Assembly (NCBI GenBank): GCA_963664325.2
Contig: CAXXDQ010000004.1
Span: forward strand, 160,001 to 224,000
DNA: 64,000 nucleotides
Origin: Desulfomonilia bacterium
GTDB lineage: Bacteria; Desulfobacterota; Desulfomonilia; UBA1062
Direction of reading: 5' to 3'
Each line of letters opens with the position of its first letter. Position 1 is the stretch's first letter. Shown piece by piece: positions 48,798 through 57,221 of this stretch. Position numbers and translations under genes: made by a program. The notes under the pieces were generated by a model, which saw only the letters and a program-made list of their open reading frames with translations, did not search any database and was not told the origin of the DNA.

Positions 48798-50417
48798 TCA
48801 TTTGCCCGCAAAAAGTCCGGCGGTCTTTTCAGGAACGAACCACCTCCCCTGATTATAGACGGCAGAGCCTTCAAGCCTGAGCTTCTTTCCCTTCACTGTC
48901 GCATAGCTCCTGTTCGCCTCTATCCTGATCTCCCGGCCGCCTTTTGAGGCAACGAATACGGGGTTGAGGGGATCGGTCGCATCCGTTCCGGTTTCGATCC
49001 CTTTGCCGGTGAAAAGCCTGTCCGCATCGGTGAACAGCCTCTTCGTAGTCTTTGCAAGGTCAAGACCCAGGTAACCGGCGGTGATCTTCGCAATGTCGGT
49101 GTTGTCGAGCACGCCAGACGGCTTCGCGCCGCCCGGCGCATAGGCGTACAGGTTCACCTCTTCGCCCGTATGTCCGAAGCTCGTAAAGCCGATTATCGAA
49201 CGCGCACCCATCATAGGTCCCAGGACGGAATTCAACTCGCCTTTCTTATTCTTCAGGCAGTCCATAATCCTTGATGTCTCTTCGGCGCTCAGGTCGCAAA
49301 TGCCGTAAGAGCTGCATACGGTCCCGGTTACGGCCGCATCGTCGGAGACTTCCGACAGTTTCGCCTCGACACCCTCTCCCGTGTTTCCGGCCTTTTCGAT
49401 TACATTCAGGAGGTCGGCCGGCTGCCTTTTGTCATAGTCTTTCGATGTGGTTTCATTCCCTATGCTTATGCCGCTGTTGCCGTGGTCGCTCATGATGAGA
49501 ATGGCGGTATTTCCGTCCTTTTTCGCAAAGTCCAGGGCAGCCTTTACCGCCTTGTCGAAGGCCGCCACGTCACTGATAATTCCCACGGGATCGTTTGCAT
49601 GCCCCGCCCAGTCTATCTTGCTGCCCTCCACCATGAGGAAAAATCCCTTGGGGTTTTTGGAAAGAAGGTCTATAGCCTTTTTTGTCATCTGAGCAAGCGA
49701 AGGCTCTTTCTGGGGGTCCCTGTCCATTTCGTAAGCCATGGCGACAGGTGCGAACAGACCGAACACCTTTGGCTTTTTAAGCGATGACATTTCCGAGGGC
49801 TTCGTTATGACCTGATAGCCCAGCCCCTTCATCTCGGCGATGAGGTCCTGGCCGTCCTTCCTGCCTTCAGGCGTGAAATACTTGTATCCTCCGCCGAAGA
49901 CGACATCCATTCCTGCAAAGACCTCCTGCTCGCTCAGAGAATCATAGTTTTTCCTGCTGATATCGTGGCTGGCGAATGCCGCGGGCGTTGCATGCATGAC
50001 CTCGCATGTCACAACCAGTCCGGTCGAAAGACCTTTCAGCCTTGCCGCCTCCAGAACCGTTGCGACCGGCGTCTGCCTGTCTTCAGGTCTTATGGGCTTT
50101 AGCCCGGGCATGGTGTTTTCATCGGGCAGCATCGCAATATAACCTGTATGCGATTTGAAGCCCGTCGCCATCGCCGTGGCCGCAGGTGCGGAATCCGCGA
50201 TGAGCGAATCGGCGTTATAGGTCCTCACCTGTCCGCAGAGAAGCCCGTCCATGGCAAGAGGTGCGCCCCCCTGATACCATCTGGTAAGCGTTACCGAAGT
50301 TACGCTCATGCCGTCGGGTATCATGACGATGACATTCCTGTATTGTCCTGCAAAGGCCGAATCCGGCAGGACAGCCATCAGCAGCGATATCAATGCAACC
50401 AGAGTTCCCTTTCTCAT
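48798..50417 (-). CDS. phoA: Alkaline phosphatase
   Basis: MIPDGM, catalytic DSAPAATA, HATPA, MVEGSKIDWAGHAND, SDHG and GHTGE.V; signal peptide; RBS GAGGAGG before ATG 50417. Confidence 0.93.
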   Translation of the reverse strand: MRKGTLVALISLLMAVLPDSAFAGQYRNVIVMIPDGMSVTSVTLTRWYQGGAPLAMDGLLCGQVRTYNADSLIADSAPAATAMATGFKSHTGYIAMLPDENTMPGLKPIRPEDRQTPVATVLEAARLKGLSTGLVVTCEVMHATPAAFASHDISRKNYDSLSEQEVFAGMDVVFGGGYKYFTPEGRKDGQDLIAEMKGLGYQVITKPSEMSSLKKPKVFGLFAPVAMAYEMDRDPQKEPSLAQMTKKAIDLLSKNPKGFFLMVEGSKIDWAGHANDPVGIISDVAAFDKAVKAALDFAKKDGNTAILIMSDHGNSGISIGNETTSKDYDKRQPADLLNVIEKAGNTGEGVEAKLSEVSDDAAVTGTVCSSYGICDLSAEETSRIMDCLKNKKGELNSVLGPMMGARSIIGFTSFGHTGEEVNLYAYAPGGAKPSGVLDNTDIAKITAGYLGLDLAKTTKRLFTDADRLFTGKGIETGTDATDPLNPVFVASKGGREIRIEANRSYATVKGKKLRLEGSAVYNQGRWFVPEKTAGLFAGK

Positions 50418-50460
50418 CTGAAGCCTCCTCATATTGATTGCATACCGGATAGTTCATGAA

Positions 50461-50488
50461 TGTGAATATCGCGTTAACGGCCGATTAA
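50461..50488 (-). promoter_or_regulatory. Pho-box-like repeats oriented toward phoA
   Basis: The minus strand has TTAATC (50488), TTAACG (50477) and TTCACA (50466) at 11-bp spacing. Confidence 0.6.
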
Positions 50489-50506
50489 TTTTCAGACAAG
50501 TTTGCG

Positions 50507-50560
50507 TTAACCGGAAAATAACCGTTACTTAATACGCTGTTCATACTGCCTGTCTACAAT
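50507..50560 (+). promoter_or_regulatory. Pho-box-like repeats and -10 element for the ligase/psd/lgt operon
   Basis: TTAACC (50507), ATAACC (50518), TTAATA (50529) and TTCATA (50540) at 11-bp spacing; TACAAT at 50555. The geometry matches the porin promoter. Confidence 0.65.
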
Positions 50561-50583
50561 TCGCCAAAGACAAGGAGGAACAG

Positions 50584-52944
50584 GTGGCGACAATTCCGTT
50601 AGCCGGAGATACTTCGTTTATTGATTTACAGGGATATCTGTCCAGATTGAACGGTATTATAAATGACGCAGGCGGCGGCATACTTCCTTTCAGCCCGGAA
50701 GACGCCACTGCGGGCGTGGAGAACGAATTCCAGACAGCAGTAGAGGGCAGAGCCGCAAACTGCGATCTGCCGCTTACAATAAGTTCTTCGAGATACTACA
50801 AATCACTCAAGAAACGCGTCAGGTCGGGCGAGATATCCAGAAACACGGCCTCGGGGATCGACCGGTACATAAGCACCAACACATCAGGCATATGGGAGAA
50901 CAGCTGGGTCAGGATCGACATCGACAGGCTCGGCACTCATGCCCGCATGGCGCTGGACTCCGACATGAAGGCCCTGCGCGGCGATCCCTCGTCCCCGCTG
51001 CGTTCAGACGTTGACAGTTTCATGCTGAAGGAAAAAGGCCGTGACATATTGAGGGTGCCCGTAAGCTACATGCTGAAGCTCTGCCTTGCGGACGCCTCAT
51101 GGGCCGCAGGCGAAGACTCCGTTGCAAGGCATGCGGGAATAAGCGCCCTTTTATGCTTCATCAACGACAACACCTCGCCCGAGGTGTCTTCCTTTTTTCC
51201 CGTTAAACTTTCAAACTCCCCTCCTGCCGGAAGACCGAGCGCCGGCGAAACCCTCCTGAGGTTTCTGCTTATCCAGGCGCTTGCGGCCTATGCAAACACG
51301 GCATACGGCCTCAGAGAGTCCGGCCAGGAGGTCAAGATATACTTCTCCCCGCACCCGCCCGAGAGGCAGAAGATGCTCAACGAAGCGGTCTCGGACTACT
51401 TTTACCGCGAACTTTTCATGAACCCCTGCCTTTCGGGCTGGGACAGGGGGGAGGATAAACATGCATACATGAACCTGTGCCACAAGGTCCTCTCCAGGAG
51501 CCATTTGACGGCTGCAAGCAAGCTGAAGGACGCGGGCGTCACAAGCGGCAGGCACATCCTTGTACCCAGCCTGTCGAATATAAGCCTTGCAAACAACGGC
51601 ACGCATATAAGCCTGGGCAGCACTCTTCTTACGGGCCTTCTTGCGGATGCATCGAGCGGATTCACAGCACAGGACGAGAAATACACGGGGGATCTCGCCA
51701 TAAAGATCGCCGAACACTTCCTGCCCCTTTTTACCGGGACATACACGGCGGACCCCTACAGGCTGTCCTTTCCCGACTTTCACCCTGAAAAGGCCCTCGG
51801 GTTCCTACCGCATGAGCTGGATTTCACGCACCTGAGGATGCTCTGGCGCAGATGGAGGAAAAAGGCGAACCTGAGGTTCATGGGAAAAGGCCTCGCACCT
51901 TTCGGGCTCAGACGCCTGGACGGATTCCTCGGGACGCTGCCGGGACTCGAAGGCGACTATGTCGACGATTTCAGACTGATAGACTACCCCGTATGCCTCT
52001 TAAGCACGGAAGACGCACCGGCCTTCAACGGCCTGGAGGGCAGCACGGAAAGATTGAAGGCGGAACTGGAACTTCAGGGCGTGTTTGATTCGAAGATGTC
52101 CCTTTATCTTTTCTACAGGCTCAGACGGGCTCATGTTAACGGGTTCGCGGGTTTCGAAGCCAGGCACTATTCGCTTTTCTCCTCCATACTCGACGACATG
52201 GCGCAGGCCGTCAGCCTGCAATGCCTGATTACGGCGCTGGCAATGCGCTACGTGCTCTCCGGATACATAAGGCACGATGACATCCCAGACGTCCCCTTTG
52301 TCGAAAGCGAGAGGAGGCAGGCCGTATTCGGAGCAGCCATCGGCGTCCCTACGTTTTTCATAAAGAAGGACACGCCCAACAGGTTCATCGGGAAGGTCGT
52401 TTCAGACACGAAGAAAACAAGGATGAGCGCGAGATATCCCGGCTACATCAGGGTGCCTGCAGCTGAATACATGAAGGCCCTTCTTACTGCCATCTGGAAA
52501 GACGCGCCCGACCTCATAGAAAGGTTCAAAATGACCGAGACGATGAAGGACCTCGCCTGCCGGATAGAAGACCCGTTCATGTGCTCCTGCGCTTCCAGGC
52601 TTAAGAACGGCATCCTTCAGTTTGCCGGGGTGATTTCTCCGTTCGACCTCACGGCCGCGGAGTTCAATCTCGCAGCCGAAAGATATTACCGGGACGTCCT
52701 GAGGCTGAAGCATATCGACGAGGCGATTCTCGTCGCGGAAAAGGTATTTCTCAAAATGCAGAGAGACGAATGCTGGAGGGAAACGGCTGTCCGCATGTAC
52801 GGTGCGAACTCATGGCCCTCCCTGATCTCGCTCATGCGAAGTGAACTCAAGAAACCTGAAAGGCTACAGGTCGGAACAATCACGAACATGATCCACGCGA
52901 TTCTTAACGCAATAGAATATGTAAGGAGGACACAAGGCATATGA
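50584..52944 (+). CDS. Uncharacterised protein with glutamate-cysteine ligase / glutamine synthetase-like catalytic motifs
   Basis: TAGVENEFQ (GxExE), TSPEV, NNGTHISLG (His) and GFEARH (ExR), in the order seen in GCS2-type carboxylate-amine ligases; RBS AGGAGG before a GTG start. Confidence 0.6.
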   Translation: MATIPLAGDTSFIDLQGYLSRLNGIINDAGGGILPFSPEDATAGVENEFQTAVEGRAANCDLPLTISSSRYYKSLKKRVRSGEISRNTASGIDRYISTNTSGIWENSWVRIDIDRLGTHARMALDSDMKALRGDPSSPLRSDVDSFMLKEKGRDILRVPVSYMLKLCLADASWAAGEDSVARHAGISALLCFINDNTSPEVSSFFPVKLSNSPPAGRPSAGETLLRFLLIQALAAYANTAYGLRESGQEVKIYFSPHPPERQKMLNEAVSDYFYRELFMNPCLSGWDRGEDKHAYMNLCHKVLSRSHLTAASKLKDAGVTSGRHILVPSLSNISLANNGTHISLGSTLLTGLLADASSGFTAQDEKYTGDLAIKIAEHFLPLFTGTYTADPYRLSFPDFHPEKALGFLPHELDFTHLRMLWRRWRKKANLRFMGKGLAPFGLRRLDGFLGTLPGLEGDYVDDFRLIDYPVCLLSTEDAPAFNGLEGSTERLKAELELQGVFDSKMSLYLFYRLRRAHVNGFAGFEARHYSLFSSILDDMAQAVSLQCLITALAMRYVLSGYIRHDDIPDVPFVESERRQAVFGAAIGVPTFFIKKDTPNRFIGKVVSDTKKTRMSARYPGYIRVPAAEYMKALLTAIWKDAPDLIERFKMTETMKDLACRIEDPFMCSCASRLKNGILQFAGVISPFDLTAAEFNLAAERYYRDVLRLKHIDEAILVAEKVFLKMQRDECWRETAVRMYGANSWPSLISLMRSELKKPERLQVGTITNMIHAILNAIEYVRRTQGI

Positions 52945-53978
52945 TACACCAGTATGTCGAAAGGAACACCGGCAGGATAGTCAACGAAAGGATTTTCGGC
53001 GACGGCATTATCGGGAGCGTCTTCAGCCCGCTGATCGAAGACTCGACGGCGGTCTACCGTGCGCTCACCTCAAAAAGGTTAAGCAGGCTTCTCTCATGGG
53101 CGGCCTTCGATTCGGTGCTGGGATCGAAAATGACAGGGGCCGCAAGATTCCTCAGGGCCTCCGGCATTGACCTGGCCGAATGCATTGACCCGCCGCGGAT
53201 GCTCGATACGCCGAGAAAGATATTCGAGAGAAGGATAAGATACTGGGACGCAAGGCCCTTGCCCGAAAACTCCTTTATGGCGGTATCGCCTGCGGACTCC
53301 AAGATGCTGGCAGGCTCGTTCAGGGAGGGGCCCGGCGTATTTCTCAAGGAAAAGCTGTTCTCGTTCGAGGAACTCATCGGGCGAAGGTACTGGCTCAAGC
53401 CCTTTTCCTCTGGCGATTTCGCGATATTCAGACTAACGCCTGAAAAATATCACTACACCCACTGTCCGGTAACCGGCGTCGTGAGAGACTTCTACGAGAT
53501 CGAGGGCCGTATGAACTCTTGCAATCCGGGGATCGTAATGAAAATCTCCAAGAGCTTTTCAAAGAACAGGCGGGTGGTCACCGTCATCGACACGGATGTA
53601 GAAGGGGGCACAGGCATCGGCCTTGTCGCGATGATAGAGATCGTTGCCCTTATGATCGGCAACATAAGGCAGGCCTATTCATCGAGGGAATATCTCTACC
53701 CGAGGGATATCATAAAGGGGATGAGGGTTGAGCGGGGCATGCCGAAGGCCCTGTTCATGCCCGGCAGCTCGACAGTAGTGCTCATGTTCGAGGAGGGCCG
53801 GATAAAATTTCACGACGACATCCTTACGAACATGCGAAGAAAGGCCTCCAGCAGGTACTCGGTCGGATTCGGGGGATCGATAGTCGAGACCGAGGTCGCT
53901 GTCAGATCAGGCATAGCGGACAGGGTGGAGCCCGAAGGGGGCGGCGGATGGCGGAAATTCTATTCCTGGCTGTTCTAG
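52941..53978 (+). CDS. psd: Phosphatidylserine decarboxylase family proenzyme
   Basis: F.R.I...RP, VSPAD (Asp), RLTPEKYHYTH.P (His), N.R and autocleavage motif PGSSTVV; ATGA overlap with the upstream gene. Confidence 0.85.
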   Translation: MIHQYVERNTGRIVNERIFGDGIIGSVFSPLIEDSTAVYRALTSKRLSRLLSWAAFDSVLGSKMTGAARFLRASGIDLAECIDPPRMLDTPRKIFERRIRYWDARPLPENSFMAVSPADSKMLAGSFREGPGVFLKEKLFSFEELIGRRYWLKPFSSGDFAIFRLTPEKYHYTHCPVTGVVRDFYEIEGRMNSCNPGIVMKISKSFSKNRRVVTVIDTDVEGGTGIGLVAMIEIVALMIGNIRQAYSSREYLYPRDIIKGMRVERGMPKALFMPGSSTVVLMFEEGRIKFHDDILTNMRRKASSRYSVGFGGSIVETEVAVRSGIADRVEPEGGGGWRKFYSWLF

Positions 53979-54988
53979 CCGCCATCCCCGGCCTGATGTT
54001 CCTCTGGGGCTTCAGGGTGCTGCCCCGCGAAGGCTGGCAGATCATGGCAGCCGTGCCGGTGCGTAAAACTGAAAACGGCTGGCAGGGCGTCAACCTGTTG
54101 TGGTATGGATTTTTTATAGCCACATCAGTGGTATTCGGAATGGCGGTGGTTTATGTCCTGCTCCGCTCAATAAAAGTTCCCGTTCTATCCATAATGACTG
54201 CATCGGCCTCGGTGATTGCCTTATGCCTGCCTGCGGCTGCAATCGTTGCAAGAATAATAGAAGGAAAGAAGCATACATTCACGGTCGGCGGGGCATCTTT
54301 CATCGGAATCATTCTTGCCCCGTGGATATTTCTTGCCATAAACAGCTTCGAACCAATCAAGTTCAATGTACCTGTGATGGCAGTTCTGGCTGCAATGTCC
54401 GTTGGCTATGCCTTTGGGGAAGGCATGGGAAGACTTGCCTGCATAAGTTTCGGCTGCTGCTACGGCAAACCCATAAAAGAGTGTTCTGCACCGGTCAGAA
54501 AGCTGTTCAGCAGGTTTCACTTCGTCTTTCACGGCGTCACCAAGAAGATTGCATATTCACAGGGCCTGGACGGCCAGCAGGTTGTACCTGTCCAGGCTGT
54601 TACGGCGATCATCCTGAGTATCACGGGTATAACCGGCACAATTATTTTCTTATCAGGGGCTTTTGCATTGTCTTTTGTTCTGACGGTTTGCACCACACAG
54701 ATATGGCGTATACTTTCGGAATTCCTGAGGGCGGATTTCAGGGGTCATCAGAGGTTTTCCGCATACCAGGCAATGGCAGTTATTGCAGCGGCATCCACGT
54801 TTGCAGTTTCACTCTTCTTGAAAAGTCATCCTGTGCCGGTTGATATAAGCGCCGGACTTGTTTCATTATGGAGCCCCGGCGCAATAATATTCTTTCAGGC
54901 GGCCTGGCTTGCATCGTTTCTTTATACCGGCAGAAGTTCGGTCACGTCATCACGCATCCATTTTCATGTCATGAAGGACAGGGTCTGA
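53948..54988 (+). CDS. Divergent prolipoprotein diacylglyceryl transferase (Lgt) family membrane protein
   Basis: WYG, GRLACISFGCCYGKP, P.Q and R..SEFLR.D motifs; extra N-terminal TM helix. Confidence 0.75.
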   Translation: MAEILFLAVLAAIPGLMFLWGFRVLPREGWQIMAAVPVRKTENGWQGVNLLWYGFFIATSVVFGMAVVYVLLRSIKVPVLSIMTASASVIALCLPAAAIVARIIEGKKHTFTVGGASFIGIILAPWIFLAINSFEPIKFNVPVMAVLAAMSVGYAFGEGMGRLACISFGCCYGKPIKECSAPVRKLFSRFHFVFHGVTKKIAYSQGLDGQQVVPVQAVTAIILSITGITGTIIFLSGAFALSFVLTVCTTQIWRILSEFLRADFRGHQRFSAYQAMAVIAAASTFAVSLFLKSHPVPVDISAGLVSLWSPGAIIFFQAAWLASFLYTGRSSVTSSRIHFHVMKDRV

Positions 54989-55130
54989 ATCAGAGTATTG
55001 CAAACCGTATTTCATTCCGGAGCAGTCCGCATGAAAGGAATATCCGGGGTAGCATTGCATTTTTTTGCCCCGGTCTTCATTGCAGTATCCGGTACCGGAT
55101 GCGGCATTTGTCAGCGTCCCTGATATGCTC

Positions 55131-55925
55131 TTATTTGATCAGCATGATGACGCCCAAAATCAGGACCAGCAGGATAAACGCAATTCCATAGACCTTTTCC
55201 AGGGCCTTTACGTCGATTCTTGCAAGAATCGGCGGCCCCAGAAATGCGCCGATGACCGAACCGGCGCTCAGTGAGAAAATCAACGGCCAATCAAGACCTG
55301 CCGAAAAGACATGGCCCAGAAAGCCGGAGATCGAGTTGAACAGAACCACCAGCACCGAGGTCCCGACAATTGTGGATACCGGCAGACCAAGGATATAGAG
55401 ACCGGCGACAATCGAGGCTGTTCCGCTGGTTCCAAAAAGTCCTGCCATTATTCCGGACAGGGCGCCGAAGAAGCAGCTCAGGACAACACGGTATGCATCA
55501 AGCGGTTTCGGCTCTTTTTTGGACGCCCCGGCCTTTTCCAGCCGGTTCCTGCTTGTCAGTATCATCGGAATCGTCAGGATTATCGAGTACACGCCGAAGC
55601 CCTTCTGGAGAATCGATGCCGACATCAGGTGCGAGCTGTACGCTCCGATAAGTGCACCGAACAGACCAGAAAAACCGAAGAGGAGACCGATTCGCAAATC
55701 GATGTTGCCTTTTCTATAGTGCCCTATTGAGCCTACGACGACTGTCGGTATCGTTGCCGCCAGTGAAGTTGCAATCGCAATTTGAGCCGGGATGTGAAAT
55801 AAGAGAACCAGAATCGGAACATAGAAAAATCCTCCGCCCCCGCCAAATACCGTTACAAGCAGACCGATAGCAAGGCCTGTCAATGAAAGCAAAAGGGTCA
55901 TCAATAAAAGAGAGGGATTCAACAT
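55131..55925 (-). CDS. TauE/SafE (DUF81) sulfite-exporter-family permease
   Basis: GGGGGFFYVP, AIATSL, G..AGLFG..G and VGTS; multiple TM helices. Confidence 0.88.
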   Translation of the reverse strand: MLNPSLLLMTLLLSLTGLAIGLLVTVFGGGGGFFYVPILVLLFHIPAQIAIATSLAATIPTVVVGSIGHYRKGNIDLRIGLLFGFSGLFGALIGAYSSHLMSASILQKGFGVYSIILTIPMILTSRNRLEKAGASKKEPKPLDAYRVVLSCFFGALSGIMAGLFGTSGTASIVAGLYILGLPVSTIVGTSVLVVLFNSISGFLGHVFSAGLDWPLIFSLSAGSVIGAFLGPPILARIDVKALEKVYGIAFILLVLILGVIMLIK

Positions 55926-56054
55926 ATTCTCATCTCCACTTATACATCGACAAATTGAGCGAAAAAATCAGCCGGAGAACAAAAGCCGCCTGGCTTTGAT
56001 CCATGACGAATTGATTACCTTGTCTCATTTCAAAGCCTGTTGCTCGAAACATCA

Positions 56055-57221
56055 CTAGGGTCTAAAAATGATTACTCCTTCTGAGCAAGCTCGTCTTGCT
56101 GATCTACTGACACAATTTCCACCAAGTGTACTAAAATTACTTTCGACCTCAATCAATTCAACATTTGAAAATAACTTCTTCCCAAAAGAAACAAAAGTGT
56201 TTGCACTTAATCCATTTCTCGCTTTATGCATTGGAAATGTTAAAACAAGTTTTAAATGGTTATCAGCACATATTGTTAATAGTTCTTTAGCCGCATTATG
56301 AGACTCAGATCTACGGCTGAACTCAGAGGCAGGTCTTTGAGATAAAGGAGGATAACGCCCTTGTCCAGACGGATCAAACTCTAAACCATTAACAATGGTT
56401 TCAAGAACATGATAAAAACGACTGTAATGAACATCAGTATAAGGAGGATCAGCAAAAACCAAATCTCCAGGTTCTAATTTAGATAATGTATCACGAAAAT
56501 CAATTTTGTAAGCTTGTCCTTTAACATTTGAACAACGTCTAGATATTTCAATCAATGCTTTAGATACATTTGAAAATATTTCTCTGGACCATGCTTCAAT
56601 TATATATTCAACTGCACCCATTGTCGGTTGAAAAGGTTGGGCTGTATGACCTGGTGACGCAGAGCATTTGCTGGCTGTTTCAACAAGCGCCGCAAGAGCT
56701 GAGTATTTTATTATTCCTTTTGGTAATGTCTGTCTTAATGAATCTAACTGAATCGCCTGAAGAGGAGAGAAATAGTATCCGCCATAAGATCGTGTTATAG
56801 GCCAATTTCCGCCTATATGACTTAGTACAGGTGCTAACGAATATTCACAAAACTTTCTGCAGCGAATAATTGCAGGAACAAACTTAGCAGGTGTAACGCC
56901 ATCAATATCAATTGAATTCTTATCATTAGGAAAATAGTTCAAAACTTCTTTTACCTTTTCATCTGCAGAAGCAAACCATTCATTTATTGTATTTTGGGGT
57001 TTAAAATGAGAATTCCTTTTTAGCACCGCCGCGGCACGGATAACTGAAAATTCCTGCAAATCACCTGCTATGATAGTGGCATTAGTATTTTCAGCCAAGA
57101 ACCATGAGACAGCAGCAGAACCACAAAATGGGTCTGCTATTCTTTCTGAACTATTAGACTCATCTATAAGAATATCTCCAAGAATTGGAAGCATTCGGCC
57201 TTTATGGCCCATAAACTTCAT
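56055..57221 (-). CDS. DNA adenine methyltransferase (D12/Dam-like class)
   Basis: MKFMGHK (YMGxK-like), motif I DPFCGSAAVS and motif IV FADPPY..HYSRFYHVLET; ATGA overlap with the upstream gene. Confidence 0.85.
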   Translation of the reverse strand: MKFMGHKGRMLPILGDILIDESNSSERIADPFCGSAAVSWFLAENTNATIIAGDLQEFSVIRAAAVLKRNSHFKPQNTINEWFASADEKVKEVLNYFPNDKNSIDIDGVTPAKFVPAIIRCRKFCEYSLAPVLSHIGGNWPITRSYGGYYFSPLQAIQLDSLRQTLPKGIIKYSALAALVETASKCSASPGHTAQPFQPTMGAVEYIIEAWSREIFSNVSKALIEISRRCSNVKGQAYKIDFRDTLSKLEPGDLVFADPPYTDVHYSRFYHVLETIVNGLEFDPSGQGRYPPLSQRPASEFSRRSESHNAAKELLTICADNHLKLVLTFPMHKARNGLSANTFVSFGKKLFSNVELIEVESNFSTLGGNCVSRSARRACSEGVIIFRP

